This document shows, piece after piece, positions 10,423 to 20,206 of a stretch of DNA of 64,000 nt. Both the position numbers and the translations under genes were made by a program. The notes beneath the pieces are model-generated. The model did not search any database, was not told the DNA's origin, and saw only the letters and a list, made by a program, of their open reading frames with translations. The stretch is from NCBI GenBank assembly GCA_963760795.1, contig CAVXEP010000019.1:32001-96000 (forward strand), written 5' to 3'. This DNA is from an uncultured delta proteobacterium (lineage in GTDB: Bacteria; Desulfobacterota; Binatia; UBA9968). The number at the start of each line of letters is the position of its first letter. Position 1 is the stretch's first letter.

Positions 10423-12213
10423 CTACTTTTGTGTTTCCGCTTGTTGGTGTTTTGCCAGCCACGAGTTCATTTTAGTCTCCAACCGGTCCAACGGCATTGC
10501 GCCGTCTCTGAGCAATTCGTCATGGAAGTCGCGGATGTCGAATTTGTCGCCAAGAGTTTGCTGCGCCTTGGCGCGGAGCTCGGAGATCTTGAGCTGGCCG
10601 ATCTTGTAAGCGAGGGCTTGGCCCGGCCAGACGATATAGCGATCGATTTCAGCGGCCACTTCCAGTTCTTGCTTCACGGTGTTTTCCACCATGAAATCGA
10701 TGGCTTTCTGCCGGTCCCAACGCAGATGGTGCATGCCCGTGTCGACCACTAACCGGCTGGCACGCCAGATTTCGTACATGAGCTGGCCAAACTTCGAGTA
10801 GGGATCGTCGTACAAGCCCATCTCATCGCCAAGCGATTCGGCGTAGAGTCCCCATCCTTCGATGAACGCGGTGTAGCCGCCGTAACGGCGAAAGTTGGGG
10901 ATGCCTTGCTGCTCCATGGCTAGAGCGATCTGCAGGTGATGTCCGGGCACGCCCTCGTGCAGCGATAGCGCCATCATTTCGTACTTCGGTCTGATCTCCG
11001 GTTTGAAAGTATTGATGCTGAATATGCCGGCACGGGAGCCGTCGGCGGCCGGACCGCGGTAGAGCCCGACCGGGCTATCGGGTGCGATGTTTGCCGGCAC
11101 CGGCTCGATGCCGTATGGCATGCGCGGCAGGACGCGAAAAACTTTTACCAGTAACGGATCGATGCGCCGGCTCAAGGCGCGGTATGCTTCGAGTAACTCG
11201 TTTTCACTTGTGAAATAAAATTTTGCATCGTTGCGCAGAAACTTGGCAAACTCGGCGAACGAACCCTTGAACCCTAATTTGTCGATGATCGCCTGCATCT
11301 CCCGGCGGATGCGTTTGACCTCTTCTAAACCGATTTCGTGAATCCTCTGGGGCGCGAGATCGGTGCTGGTGTTGGTGCGCGCGGCGTGGGCGTACATCGC
11401 CGCGCCGCTGGGGAACTGCCAGATGCCGACTCGATCCGGCGCTGCTGGCAGATAGTCGTTGACGATGAAGAATTTGAGCTTGCGATAAGCTGGAACCACG
11501 GCAGTGGCGATGGCATCCTCGGCAGCCTGGGTGAGCCTCGCTCGGTCCGCTGGGGTTATCGACGACGAGAATTTCGTGAAGGGTGTGTAGAGCGGGCTCG
11601 CTTTCGGATCCCTAACGATATGATGATCGATCTGCGCTGGCACTCGCTGCAAGACGATCTGCGGATGAATGATACCTTCCTTGAGCCCCAGACGTAAAAG
11701 GGCGATGGTCTGGTCGACAAGTGTGGGCAGCGCTCTTAGTCTGGCGATCCAGTCGTCATAGTCCTTCAGGGTTTGGAAACGCAGAACGTTGACGAGCTGA
11801 TTGACCGTGTGCACGCCGCCCAACTGATTGAGCGGCAGCAGATACCAGCGATATTGAAACTCTTGGACGTCGTCTTCGTAATCCTTTTTGAACAGGTCGT
11901 AGTTCAGTTGATCTACCGGCGTGAGTGCGTCGCGATCGATCTTCGTCAGTTTGGCCAGCGTCGTGATATCGTGATCATGCCGTTTGAATATCGCGTCTAG
12001 GCCGATATCGCTCCAGCGGTCGTTCCAACGCCGGTCGCCCAAGCCGGATGCCCAGGTCGGATGTTGCTCCATCCGGTAGTCCCAGTCCTCGGCGAAGAGC
12101 GCGTGCAGGGCCTTGGCCGGGTCGTTCGCGGGCGGCACTTGCGCCAAAGCGCTCGACTGAAGCAACAACAGCAACAGCACTGCGCGTAAGGTATATCCGA
12201 TTCCCCGCAACAT
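10423..12213 (-). CDS. DUF885 family secreted protein (putative metallopeptidase)
   Basis: Signal peptide; HEGVPGHHLQ, EGWGLYAE, LVVDTGMH, PGQALAYKIG. Confidence 0.9.
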   Translation of the reverse strand: MLRGIGYTLRAVLLLLLLQSSALAQVPPANDPAKALHALFAEDWDYRMEQHPTWASGLGDRRWNDRWSDIGLDAIFKRHDHDITTLAKLTKIDRDALTPVDQLNYDLFKKDYEDDVQEFQYRWYLLPLNQLGGVHTVNQLVNVLRFQTLKDYDDWIARLRALPTLVDQTIALLRLGLKEGIIHPQIVLQRVPAQIDHHIVRDPKASPLYTPFTKFSSSITPADRARLTQAAEDAIATAVVPAYRKLKFFIVNDYLPAAPDRVGIWQFPSGAAMYAHAARTNTSTDLAPQRIHEIGLEEVKRIRREMQAIIDKLGFKGSFAEFAKFLRNDAKFYFTSENELLEAYRALSRRIDPLLVKVFRVLPRMPYGIEPVPANIAPDSPVGLYRGPAADGSRAGIFSINTFKPEIRPKYEMMALSLHEGVPGHHLQIALAMEQQGIPNFRRYGGYTAFIEGWGLYAESLGDEMGLYDDPYSKFGQLMYEIWRASRLVVDTGMHHLRWDRQKAIDFMVENTVKQELEVAAEIDRYIVWPGQALAYKIGQLKISELRAKAQQTLGDKFDIRDFHDELLRDGAMPLDRLETKMNSWLAKHQQAETQK

Positions 12214-12248
12214 TAGGTGCGACTCACTCGACTGGGTTTTTTCAGAAG

Positions 12249-13379
12249 CTAACCAATTCTTAGTAGCCTCCGCGCGTTGCCATGCAGCATCGCTTCGCGT
12301 TCGGCGCTGGTGCATTCCATCTTCTGTATTTTCTCCGCGGCCCACCAGTCGCCGAGATCGAAGGGATAGTCGGTGCCGACCATGATGTGATCGGCGCCGA
12401 CCATGCGCTTTAAGTATTCAACGGTCTCGACGCGATAGACGAGGTTGTCGAAGTAGAGATTTTTCAGATATTTGCTCGGTGGCAACTTCGCTGGGATCGC
12501 GGATGAGCCGGAACCGCCGGTCTTGCCCTGGTCCAAACGGCCCAGGTGATACGGGATATAGCCGCCGCCGTGGAGTAAGCCGAGTTTCAGATTGGGAAAG
12601 CGGTCGAAGACGCCGCTGTACATCATGTAGGCGACCGACAACGTCGTGTCCGCCGGATTGCCGCAGATGTTACGCAGGCTGTAAGGGTCCATTTTGTCGG
12701 CGCCGGCGACCCATTCCGGATGCATGATCATGAGCACGTCGAGCTCTTCGGCTTTTTTCCAGAAAGGATCGAAGCTCTTGTCGTCGAAATACTTGCCGAC
12801 GACGTTGGAGGCGATGGTGACGCCGGACATCTTGAGATTGACGATGGCGTGCTCCAACACTTTGGCCGCGCGCGGCGGATCCTGCAACGGCACGGTGGCG
12901 ATGCCGGCAAAGCGGTCGGGGTGCTTCTTGACCAAATTCATGATCGCTTCGTTGTAGATATTCGACCAGCTCTCGCCGGGCGCGCCGTCGAGCTCGTAGC
13001 CGACCGACGCGGTGTGCACCTCGACCATGGCGATGCCGACATTGCCTTGGGTCATGGCGTTGAGACGATTGGGCACTTCAGCCATCCGTGGATCGGGGGC
13101 AAACGCCCGGCCTTTGGGGAATTGAATGCGATAGGGATTATCTTTGGCTTGCTTGGGCGGAAAATGCTCGATGCCGCCTAAAGCTTTGCCATGTTTCTTG
13201 ATCTCGTCGATGAGTTCCGGCGCGAAGTAATGGTGGTGGATGTCGATGGCGTGGCTCGCGCTAGGACTGGTCGTTGCTGTCGTGGCGCAACCCGCGAGCA
13301 GGCCCGATGATACGACTGCGCTCTTGCCGGCCAGCGTGAGAAAGTCACGTCGAGTCATGTTGTGCCGGTGATCGGACAT
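12249..13379 (-). CDS. Amidohydrolase_2 (ACMSD-like) protein with a Tat lipoprotein signal
   Basis: TRRDFL twin-arginine motif, LLAGC lipobox; DIHHH, MHP, HGGG, GTDYPF. Confidence 0.85.
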   Translation of the reverse strand: MSDHRHNMTRRDFLTLAGKSAVVSSGLLAGCATTATTSPSASHAIDIHHHYFAPELIDEIKKHGKALGGIEHFPPKQAKDNPYRIQFPKGRAFAPDPRMAEVPNRLNAMTQGNVGIAMVEVHTASVGYELDGAPGESWSNIYNEAIMNLVKKHPDRFAGIATVPLQDPPRAAKVLEHAIVNLKMSGVTIASNVVGKYFDDKSFDPFWKKAEELDVLMIMHPEWVAGADKMDPYSLRNICGNPADTTLSVAYMMYSGVFDRFPNLKLGLLHGGGYIPYHLGRLDQGKTGGSGSSAIPAKLPPSKYLKNLYFDNLVYRVETVEYLKRMVGADHIMVGTDYPFDLGDWWAAEKIQKMECTSAEREAMLHGNARRLLRIG

Positions 13380-13384
13380 TTTGG

Positions 13385-14195
13385 CTACTCCTGCTTAATG
13401 AAATCGCGAATCGCTTTGTGCGCCGCTGCCGGGTTGGTTGCTAGGTAATGATGTCCTTCACCAGGAAGCACGACTAGCTTGGCGTTGGGGATCGCCTTCG
13501 CCAACTGGTGCGCCGCCGCCCAATGCGTTTTATCGGTAGCGCCGTGATTCTCGTCGTCGCCGACAAAGACCAGTGTCGGTGTTGTGATTTCCTTCAAGCG
13601 GTCGGTGTGGTCATGGGTCTGGCGCGCCAGGACGAAGTGGAGGTAATTTTCCAGCGGCGCGATGCCGGACATTCTCACTTGGAGAAACTTTTCGATCAGC
13701 TCGGGATTCTTGGCGACGAACTCTTTGGTCCAGCCGGTTTCGATGGTGTGGTCGCGGATGTATTTTTCAAATCCATCGCGCACCATGTCGCGGCACATTG
13801 CCAATGGGATGCCGTGGGCGCCGGGGTGGGCAGAGCCGCTGGAGGCGAGGATCAGTTTCTTGACCTAGATACGGATAGTCGAGGGTAAGCAGCTGCGCGA
13901 CCACGCCGCCCATGGAGTGGCCGCAGACGACGGCTTTCTCAACTTTCAAGTGGTTGAGAATTGCCGCGGCATCATCGGTGAACATTTTGATTGTGTAGTT
14001 TTGGATATTCTTGCTCGACTTGCCGGTGCCGCGGTAGTCGAACAGGATAACTTTGTGATCGCGGGAAAACTCCCGCACCTGGTGAAACTTCCAGGCTTGA
14101 TGATCGAGACCGGTGACGCTGCAAAAAAGCCACGCCGGGCCGTCGCCGTGGGTTTCGTAATAGATCTCGCTACCGTCGCGATTGAGAAATGGCAT
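13385..14195 (-). CDS. Alpha/beta hydrolase, frameshifted near 13865
   Basis: DYRGTGKS, GHSMGG nucleophile elbow; PTLVFVGDD and GHH in the second frame. Confidence 0.88.
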
Positions 14196-14354
14196 GAGGG
14201 TCTCCCTTGTCGCTGAATTCGCTCGCGACTATAGCGCTATTGCTTTGCGGCGAGCAACTGGAAACGCACAGAGACAGAGCGGGGAACTGACCGCGGTGGT
14301 CTGAGATTATCGAACTAGTGTCGTGGCCGGGGAATCTTGATAGGGGACTGAGAT

Positions 14355-15005
14355 CTATTCGCCGACGCTGACAACGCGGTAGCCGGCGGCGGCCATGGCG
14401 GGAATGAAGCCTTTGGGCAATCTGCCGGCGAAACGGAAAATCGACATGTCGCGGCGGCGCAGGCGGTTTTCATGGAACGACATCAGACTTAGGATTTCCA
14501 CCCCGTTAAGGCGGCAGAAGTCGAGCACCGTCGGTACCGGGCTATCCTCGAAATCCGACTCGATAAAGATGCGTGTGCCACCGCTCTTGGCGGCGGTCAT
14601 GCCGATGAATGCTTCGAAAAGGTCGGATTGGGTGATGATGCCGACGATCTGGTTGTCTTGTAGCACGGGGAGGCAGCCGATTCGGTTGCTGCGCAGCAAT
14701 CGAGCGGCTTCTTCGATTGGGCAATCCGGTAAGACTGTAATAACCTTCTTGGTCATCACGCTGGACACCGGTTTCGGGACGGAGTCTTCAGTGACTTCCA
14801 CGGAGAAGGGATTCAGATCGTTGGGAAAACCGCGGGCGATATCGAATTTGGCGACCACGCCGACCATCCGCCTACCGGTCCGTGTCGGCTCGCAAACCGG
14901 AAAGTGACGAACCTTGCGGCGGCTCATTTCCAGGGCAACCGCGGAAATAGTCTCCTCCGGAGCCACAGTGTCCGGATTGGGCGTCATCCATTTCTCGACG
15001 AACAT
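14355..15005 (-). CDS. CBS-domain protein (AcuB-like)
   Basis: MTPNPDTV and VMTKKVITV...IGCLPV...VGIITQSD CBS pair plus a C-terminal ACT-like region. Confidence 0.85.
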   Translation of the reverse strand: MFVEKWMTPNPDTVAPEETISAVALEMSRRKVRHFPVCEPTRTGRRMVGVVAKFDIARGFPNDLNPFSVEVTEDSVPKPVSSVMTKKVITVLPDCPIEEAARLLRSNRIGCLPVLQDNQIVGIITQSDLFEAFIGMTAAKSGGTRIFIESDFEDSPVPTVLDFCRLNGVEILSLMSFHENRLRRRDMSIFRFAGRLPKGFIPAMAAAGYRVVSVGE

Positions 15006-15153
15006 GGTTAGGTTTCAGTGGTCAGGGAGAAATCAGCTAATATGAATTAATTCGGCAAATTGCCCGGTATCTTTAGCGGCTTATTTGCAGCGCGGCGGCG
15101 GGCTGGTGTAAGAGGGACAGGGACAGAGATAAAGAAGGGACAGGGGAGGCGAG

Positions 15154-16053
15154 ATGGCGATTAGAATAGGAACTTCGGAGCTCGGCGGGACATTTTATAC
15201 CCAAGGGCAGGCGATCGCGGAGCTTTTTAACCGCGGCCGTGGGGCGGGTGATCAGTGCGTCGTCGAGACCAGCGACGCGAGTATTCACAATGCCAATCAG
15301 CTCGACGCTGGCACTCTCGAGTTTGGCTTCATGGCGTCCAACTGGATCGGCCGCGCCAAAGATGCCACGGCGCCGTTTAGGAAAAATATCGCCATCCGCA
15401 TGGTGGCGCCGGCCAATGCCGGGCCCATGTGTTTTGTCCGCCTCGCCAACGCGCCGATAGCTTCTGTCGCCGATTTCGCCGGCAAACGGGTGGCCATCGG
15501 CACCAAAGGCAGCGGCATGGAACAGCATGTTCACACGATCTTCAAAGTGCTGGGAATTTCATTCGACAGTTTCACGCCGGTGCACATGGGTTTCGCCGAG
15601 GGCGCCGCCGCGCTTATTGCCGGCCAGATCGACGTGCAGTTTCATCCGCCGATTCCCAACGCAGTGCTTACCGATTTGAGCCAGCGCGCCGATATACGGG
15701 TGATCCCCTACGCGGCCGCGCAGCGCGACAAGCTGTTTGCCGCGGTGCCGTTCTACCGTCCGGTCACAGTGGAGAAAAACGCCTTTCGCGGCGTGGTCGA
15801 AGATGTCATTCAGGTGGGTGTCGTCAACGTCATCGTCAGCCATGAAAGCGTCGCTGAGAGCGCAGTCTACGCCATGGCGAAAACCATCGCCGATAATTTA
15901 GACAAGCTGCCGCAAATGAATCCGCTATTCAAAGGGCTAAAAGATCTCTTTGAGCCGCTGCGCACCAAAGGCGCCGCCGCCTTCGAGTTCGGCGGCGTGC
16001 CGCTGCATCCTGGCGCGGTCCGAGCTTACAAAGATGCGGGCTGGATAAGATAG
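15154..16053 (+). CDS. TAXI-family TRAP solute receptor
   Basis: IGTSELGGTFY, GKRVAIGTKGSG, VPLHPGAVRAYKD. Confidence 0.88.
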   Translation: MAIRIGTSELGGTFYTQGQAIAELFNRGRGAGDQCVVETSDASIHNANQLDAGTLEFGFMASNWIGRAKDATAPFRKNIAIRMVAPANAGPMCFVRLANAPIASVADFAGKRVAIGTKGSGMEQHVHTIFKVLGISFDSFTPVHMGFAEGAAALIAGQIDVQFHPPIPNAVLTDLSQRADIRVIPYAAAQRDKLFAAVPFYRPVTVEKNAFRGVVEDVIQVGVVNVIVSHESVAESAVYAMAKTIADNLDKLPQMNPLFKGLKDLFEPLRTKGAAAFEFGGVPLHPGAVRAYKDAGWIR

Positions 16054-16160
16054 GAGTATTGGCCGCCAAGAACGCAAAAAAGTCCTGCAAGGTGCGGTGC
16101 ATGAAATGAACCGCATCGTTGGTGCAAGATTCGACATCGCGACGATCCGGAGTGTCGAGT

Positions 16161-16193
16161 GCGGGAGAGATTTCTCGCTGCGCTCGACATGAC
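16161..16193. repeat. REP-like palindrome
   Basis: tgtcgagtgcgggaga...tctcgctgcgctcgaca stem between convergent genes. Confidence 0.5.
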
Positions 16194-16273
16194 AGCTGCC
16201 GTTGCCGTCATCCTGGACGAAGCCAGGAACTTTCCCAAGCGAAACCGCCACGCCACCGGCGGCTTGAATTTCT

Positions 16274-17255
16274 TTACGGAGTCCAGCCGCTCTGGGTGAC
16301 TTCGGTCTGCGCCCGACGCATGTAGGAAAAATCAAAAATTTCTTCTGGTGGAATCTCGCGCGTCACGCCGGTCAAACGTTTGCTGCGGTCGATGACGATG
16401 CGCTGCAGGCGTTCGGGGACCGTGCCATCGCGGGCGATGGTTTTCATATGTTCATCGTAGACGCGCGCGGTCATCTCGCGATCCTTCTGCCGGGTAAATT
16501 CCATAATCGCCGCGATGCCTTCCTGGCGGTTGGCGAGGTAGATGCGCTGGCCCTTAACCGTCGCGCGCATGAAACGGCGAATCATGTCGCCCTGGCGTGC
16601 CAGGCGATCGTCGGTGGCGACGATCGACGCTTGGATGTCCTCTAAATGTTCGGCGGTGCGCAGCAGAGTCGTGTAGCCCGCGTCCTGCGCCATGAAGCTG
16701 GCCGGCGGACTGAGCGGCGTGGCGTCGATGGTGCCCGCGCGCAGCGCGGTAAACCGGGTGCTGGTGGCGCCCACCGGCACAAAAGTCACGTCTTTTTCCA
16801 GCTGCAGTCCGAATTTGGGCAGCAACTCCTTCATCCAGCCATATTCCAAGCTGCCGACGGTCGAGCCACCCATACGTTTACCGCGCAGTTCAGCAACGCT
16901 CTTGATGCTCGGCTGCGCCGCCAGGATGCCCGGCGGTTTGTCGTTGAACACCATTAAGATTTTCAACTTGGCGCCTTGCACCGCGGCAGTCGGATTGCTC
17001 GCCGAGCCGAGCTCGACGCTGTTGCCGATCAGCGCGCGCGTGCTCGTGAGCCCCGCCATGAGAATGATTTCGACGGTCAGGCCTTCTTCGGCGTAGTAAC
17101 CGCGCTTCTGCGCAATAGGCATCGAAATATAGGACGCGGAAAAATTTGAGATCGCGACCCGGACCTTTTCCTGGGCGGCGAGCCGGTTGGCCGAGAATTG
17201 GTATTGCGAATAGCAGAGCCAATGAAAAAATCATTTTTCGCCGTATCATAGTCAT
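16274..17255 (-). CDS. SsuA/THI5-like ABC substrate-binding protein, frameshifted near 17185
   Basis: Signal peptide; IAQKRGYYAEEGLTVE, ELRGKRMG, ALRAGTIDA. Confidence 0.85.
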
Positions 17256-17281
17256 ATCCTCGTCATGATGGTTCGCCAGCG

Positions 17282-17921
17282 TTAAAGCTTGGGAATTTTC
17301 AACGTCTTGCTGATCATCGTACAACCGTTGGCGAAAAACAGCAGGGCGAACGGATGCAAGTCGAGGCCGGCGATGGCGATTGTCCCGAAGAGCCAATGCT
17401 CACCGGTGCGTCCAAAGTAAAAGCACAGGGCCAAAATGGCGACCAGCAACAGGCTCGATGGGATCGGCGTGCCTTCGAAGTATTTCACTTTACCGCTGTC
17501 GTCGCTCAATTGACTCGCGGTGACGTTATAGCGCGCCAACCGGCTGATGCCGCAGGCGACGAAGAAAATCAGAATAATAATATCGAGGCCGCCGCGCAGG
17601 CCCAAGCCGATAGCCCAGCGCTGCCGGCGCGACGCCGAAGCTGACGATGTCGGCGAGAGAGTCCAACTCCTGGCCGAAGGGCGAGTGCTCGCCGCGCCGG
17701 CGCGCCACTTTGCCATCGGCGATGTCGAGCAATAGGGCGACGAGCACTAGGGCGAGCGACAGGTAGACGCGCCAGTCTTCCGCGGTGACCAAGTAGCTCA
17801 TCATCGCCAAGACAGCGGCCATGCCGGCGCCGCCGTTGGCCAGGGTGATCAGATCGGCGGCGCGATAATCGCGCAGCATGGAAAAGTGGACGCGCTTTTT
17901 CTCAGGTTTCCGGCGAGCCAT
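17282..17921 (-). CDS. pssA: CDP-diacylglycerol--serine O-phosphatidyltransferase (CDP-alcohol phosphatidyltransferase), frameshifted near 17620
   Basis: DIADGKVAR...GQELDSLADIVSFGVAP motif; RLARYN and YFEGTPIP in the second frame. Confidence 0.85.
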
Positions 17922-18067
17922 TGGTGTTCTTGATCCGTGCCGATGCGGCACGCTAGCATAGCCGCCGCAGAAGAGTCCAATGAGCTGGCCATGAATTGCA
18001 TTGACAGGCCGCGGCGGCGCTGCTTAGATGCGCCCAGCGTCATTCGCAGCCAAATGGGGAAAGAATT

Positions 18068-18133
18068 TTCACCACGAAGATCACGAAGTTCGGAGATTGG
18101 GTCATTGGAACCTTTCGTCATCTTGGTGGTGAA
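18068..18133. repeat. REP-like palindrome (CACCACGAAG family)
   Basis: ttcaccacgaagatcacgaag...ctttcgtcatcttggtggtgaa imperfect inverted repeat. Confidence 0.7.
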
Positions 18134-18177
18134 ACCGTCTTCACAGCAAACTCGGAAGAAGCTTACTTGGAGGGAAT

Positions 18178-18828
18178 ATGACACCGACTCAAGGCCGGCC
18201 CGCCGATCGTTGGCCGATCACGACGAACAATGTCGCGCTCATCCTCGTCGACATGCAAAATATCTGGGTGCACCCGCGCGGTGCGCGCTACCTGCCGTCG
18301 TCCGAAGATATCGTGCCGAAGATTCAACAACTGCTGCGCTTCTGCCACGCCAGCAAAGTGCCGGTGATCTATCTGCACACCACCAAGCGGCGCGACCTCG
18401 CCGATGTCGGTATCTTCGCCGACATCAAGCCGCAAACCCATGACGCCGACGACGAATGGAGCAACTTCGAAGGCACGCCGGGAGCGGAAATTTACGAGCC
18501 GGTGAAGCCGACGGTGGACGATATCTTGGTCAAGAAGTTTCGCTATAGCGGCTTTTACGGCACCCAGTTGGAAAATCTCCTGCGTGCCATGGGGCGCGAC
18601 ACGATTGCCATCACCGGTGTGGCGACCAACGTCTGCTGCGACAGCACGGCGCGGGACGGCGCCATGCGCGATTTCAAAGTGTTGTTTCTGTCGGACTGTA
18701 ACGCTTCCTTCTCGCAAGCCGAGCAGGAGGCGACGCTCAGTAACTTCGACAAGCACTTCGGCGTGGTGATGGATTCGCAGACGCTGCTGGGGAAGTTGAG
18801 CGGGGAAAAGGTTGGAGTAATGGAGTAA
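18178..18828 (+). CDS. Isochorismatase-family cysteine hydrolase
   Basis: LVDMQN, KFRYSGF, GVATNVCCDSTARD. Confidence 0.92.
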   Translation: MTPTQGRPADRWPITTNNVALILVDMQNIWVHPRGARYLPSSEDIVPKIQQLLRFCHASKVPVIYLHTTKRRDLADVGIFADIKPQTHDADDEWSNFEGTPGAEIYEPVKPTVDDILVKKFRYSGFYGTQLENLLRAMGRDTIAITGVATNVCCDSTARDGAMRDFKVLFLSDCNASFSQAEQEATLSNFDKHFGVVMDSQTLLGKLSGEKVGVME

Positions 18829-18878
18829 TGGAGTGTTGGAATGCTGGGTTCCGGACGATCCAGCACTCCATTATTCCA
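18813..18878. repeat. TGGAGTAA-type repeat palindrome
   Basis: tggagtaatggagtaatggagtgttgga...tccagcactccattattcca; related copy at 60026-60115. Confidence 0.6.
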
Positions 18879-18908
18879 GTTTATGCAATTGTGATCCGGA
18901 GGTTGATT

Positions 18909-19967
18909 GTGAAACGGATTCTATCGATCGTTTTCGCTATAACCACTGGCTTGCTCATGGCGCGCTACGGGTATTCAGGGCAAGCCGGTTTCGACGAGAA
19001 ATCGGTGGCGAATTTTTACCGCGGCAAGACCGTTACTATCGTCGTCGGTCATTCGCCGGGAGGCGGATTCGACCGTTACGCCCGGGCGATCGCGCGCCAT
19101 CTCGGCAAATATATCCCCGGCAATCCGGCGATCCTGGTGAACAACATGGTCGGCGCCGGAACCATGGTGTCGGCCAATTACACTTACAATCAAGCGCCGC
19201 GGGACGGCACTGTGGTCAACAGTTTCGACGGCGGCATTTGGCCTTCGCAGCTCTACGGCGCCTCGGCGGCGCAATTCGATCTGACCAAGTTCAACTACAT
19301 CGGCGCGCCGGATATTTTCAAATACATCATGGTGGTAACCAAGAAGTCGGGCATTACCAGGATGGAAGACTTTATGTCGGGAGCCAAAGAGGTGGTGGTC
19401 GGCGCCGTGCCCAATACCAGCATTCAGCACTCGGCGACCTTTCTCAAGGAAGTGCTGGGCGCCAAATTGAAGTTGGTGACGGGCTTCAAAGGCACCGCGG
19501 AGATCCGCCTGGCGATGCAGTCGGGGGAAGTGAACAGCGTGATCACCGGCTGGGAGACTTTGAGCGTGTCCAACTTCAAAGACTTCGAGAGCGGCGAGTG
19601 GTTGATTCTATCCCAGTGGGTCGACGAGCCGCTGACCGATTTGCCGCAGAAAAACGTGCCGTCGATCTATCAATACGCGCGCAACGACGAGGAGCGCCAG
19701 TTGCTCAAGTTGGGATTGGTCAAGCCCAATAGCTACGCCCGTCCCTACGCGATGCCGCCGGGCGTGCCGCTCGACCGCGTGCGCGCCGTGGAAGCGGCAT
19801 TTTTGAAAAGTTTAAAAGATCCGGAGTTTGTCACCGAAGCCGAGAAAACCCGCATGACCGTGAGCCCGATCGCCGGCAGCGATCTGCAAAAGATGTTCGC
19901 CGAAGGATTGTCCATGTCCGCCGCGCTCAAAGCCAAGCTCAAGCCGATCCTCTTGCCCAAGAGTTAA
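18909..19967 (+). CDS. Bug/TctC tripartite tricarboxylate transporter substrate-binding protein
   Basis: FYRGKTVTIVVGHSPGGGFD, NMVGAG, APRDGT, GFKGTAE, PPGVP; GTG start at 18909 after GGAGG. Confidence 0.9.
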   Translation: MKRILSIVFAITTGLLMARYGYSGQAGFDEKSVANFYRGKTVTIVVGHSPGGGFDRYARAIARHLGKYIPGNPAILVNNMVGAGTMVSANYTYNQAPRDGTVVNSFDGGIWPSQLYGASAAQFDLTKFNYIGAPDIFKYIMVVTKKSGITRMEDFMSGAKEVVVGAVPNTSIQHSATFLKEVLGAKLKLVTGFKGTAEIRLAMQSGEVNSVITGWETLSVSNFKDFESGEWLILSQWVDEPLTDLPQKNVPSIYQYARNDEERQLLKLGLVKPNSYARPYAMPPGVPLDRVRAVEAAFLKSLKDPEFVTEAEKTRMTVSPIAGSDLQKMFAEGLSMSAALKAKLKPILLPKS

Positions 19968-20000
19968 TGAGGATAGAATAAAGAAACGGAGAAGCGGGAT

Positions 20001-20193
20001 TTGGCCGCACCCTTCGACGGTGCTCAGGGCGATCGGGACGAAAAGTTCGCAAAAAAGATATCGGAATATCTCCCGCCACGGCGCAAAGGCGCCAAGGCTT
20101 GCGTCACGGTGCAGAAATGAAAGAGGGCAACCACTGGGGGTTGCCCCGACAATTCCGATTTCCTTTTTTGCGAACTTTGCGTTCTTTGCGGCC
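20001..20193. repeat. Nested REP-like cluster
   Basis: ggccgca...tgcggcc outer inverted repeat enclosing other hairpins; 20001-20040 matches 28014-28053 at 39/40 nt. Confidence 0.7.
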
Positions 20194-20206
20194 AATCCCT
20201 CCGGTC

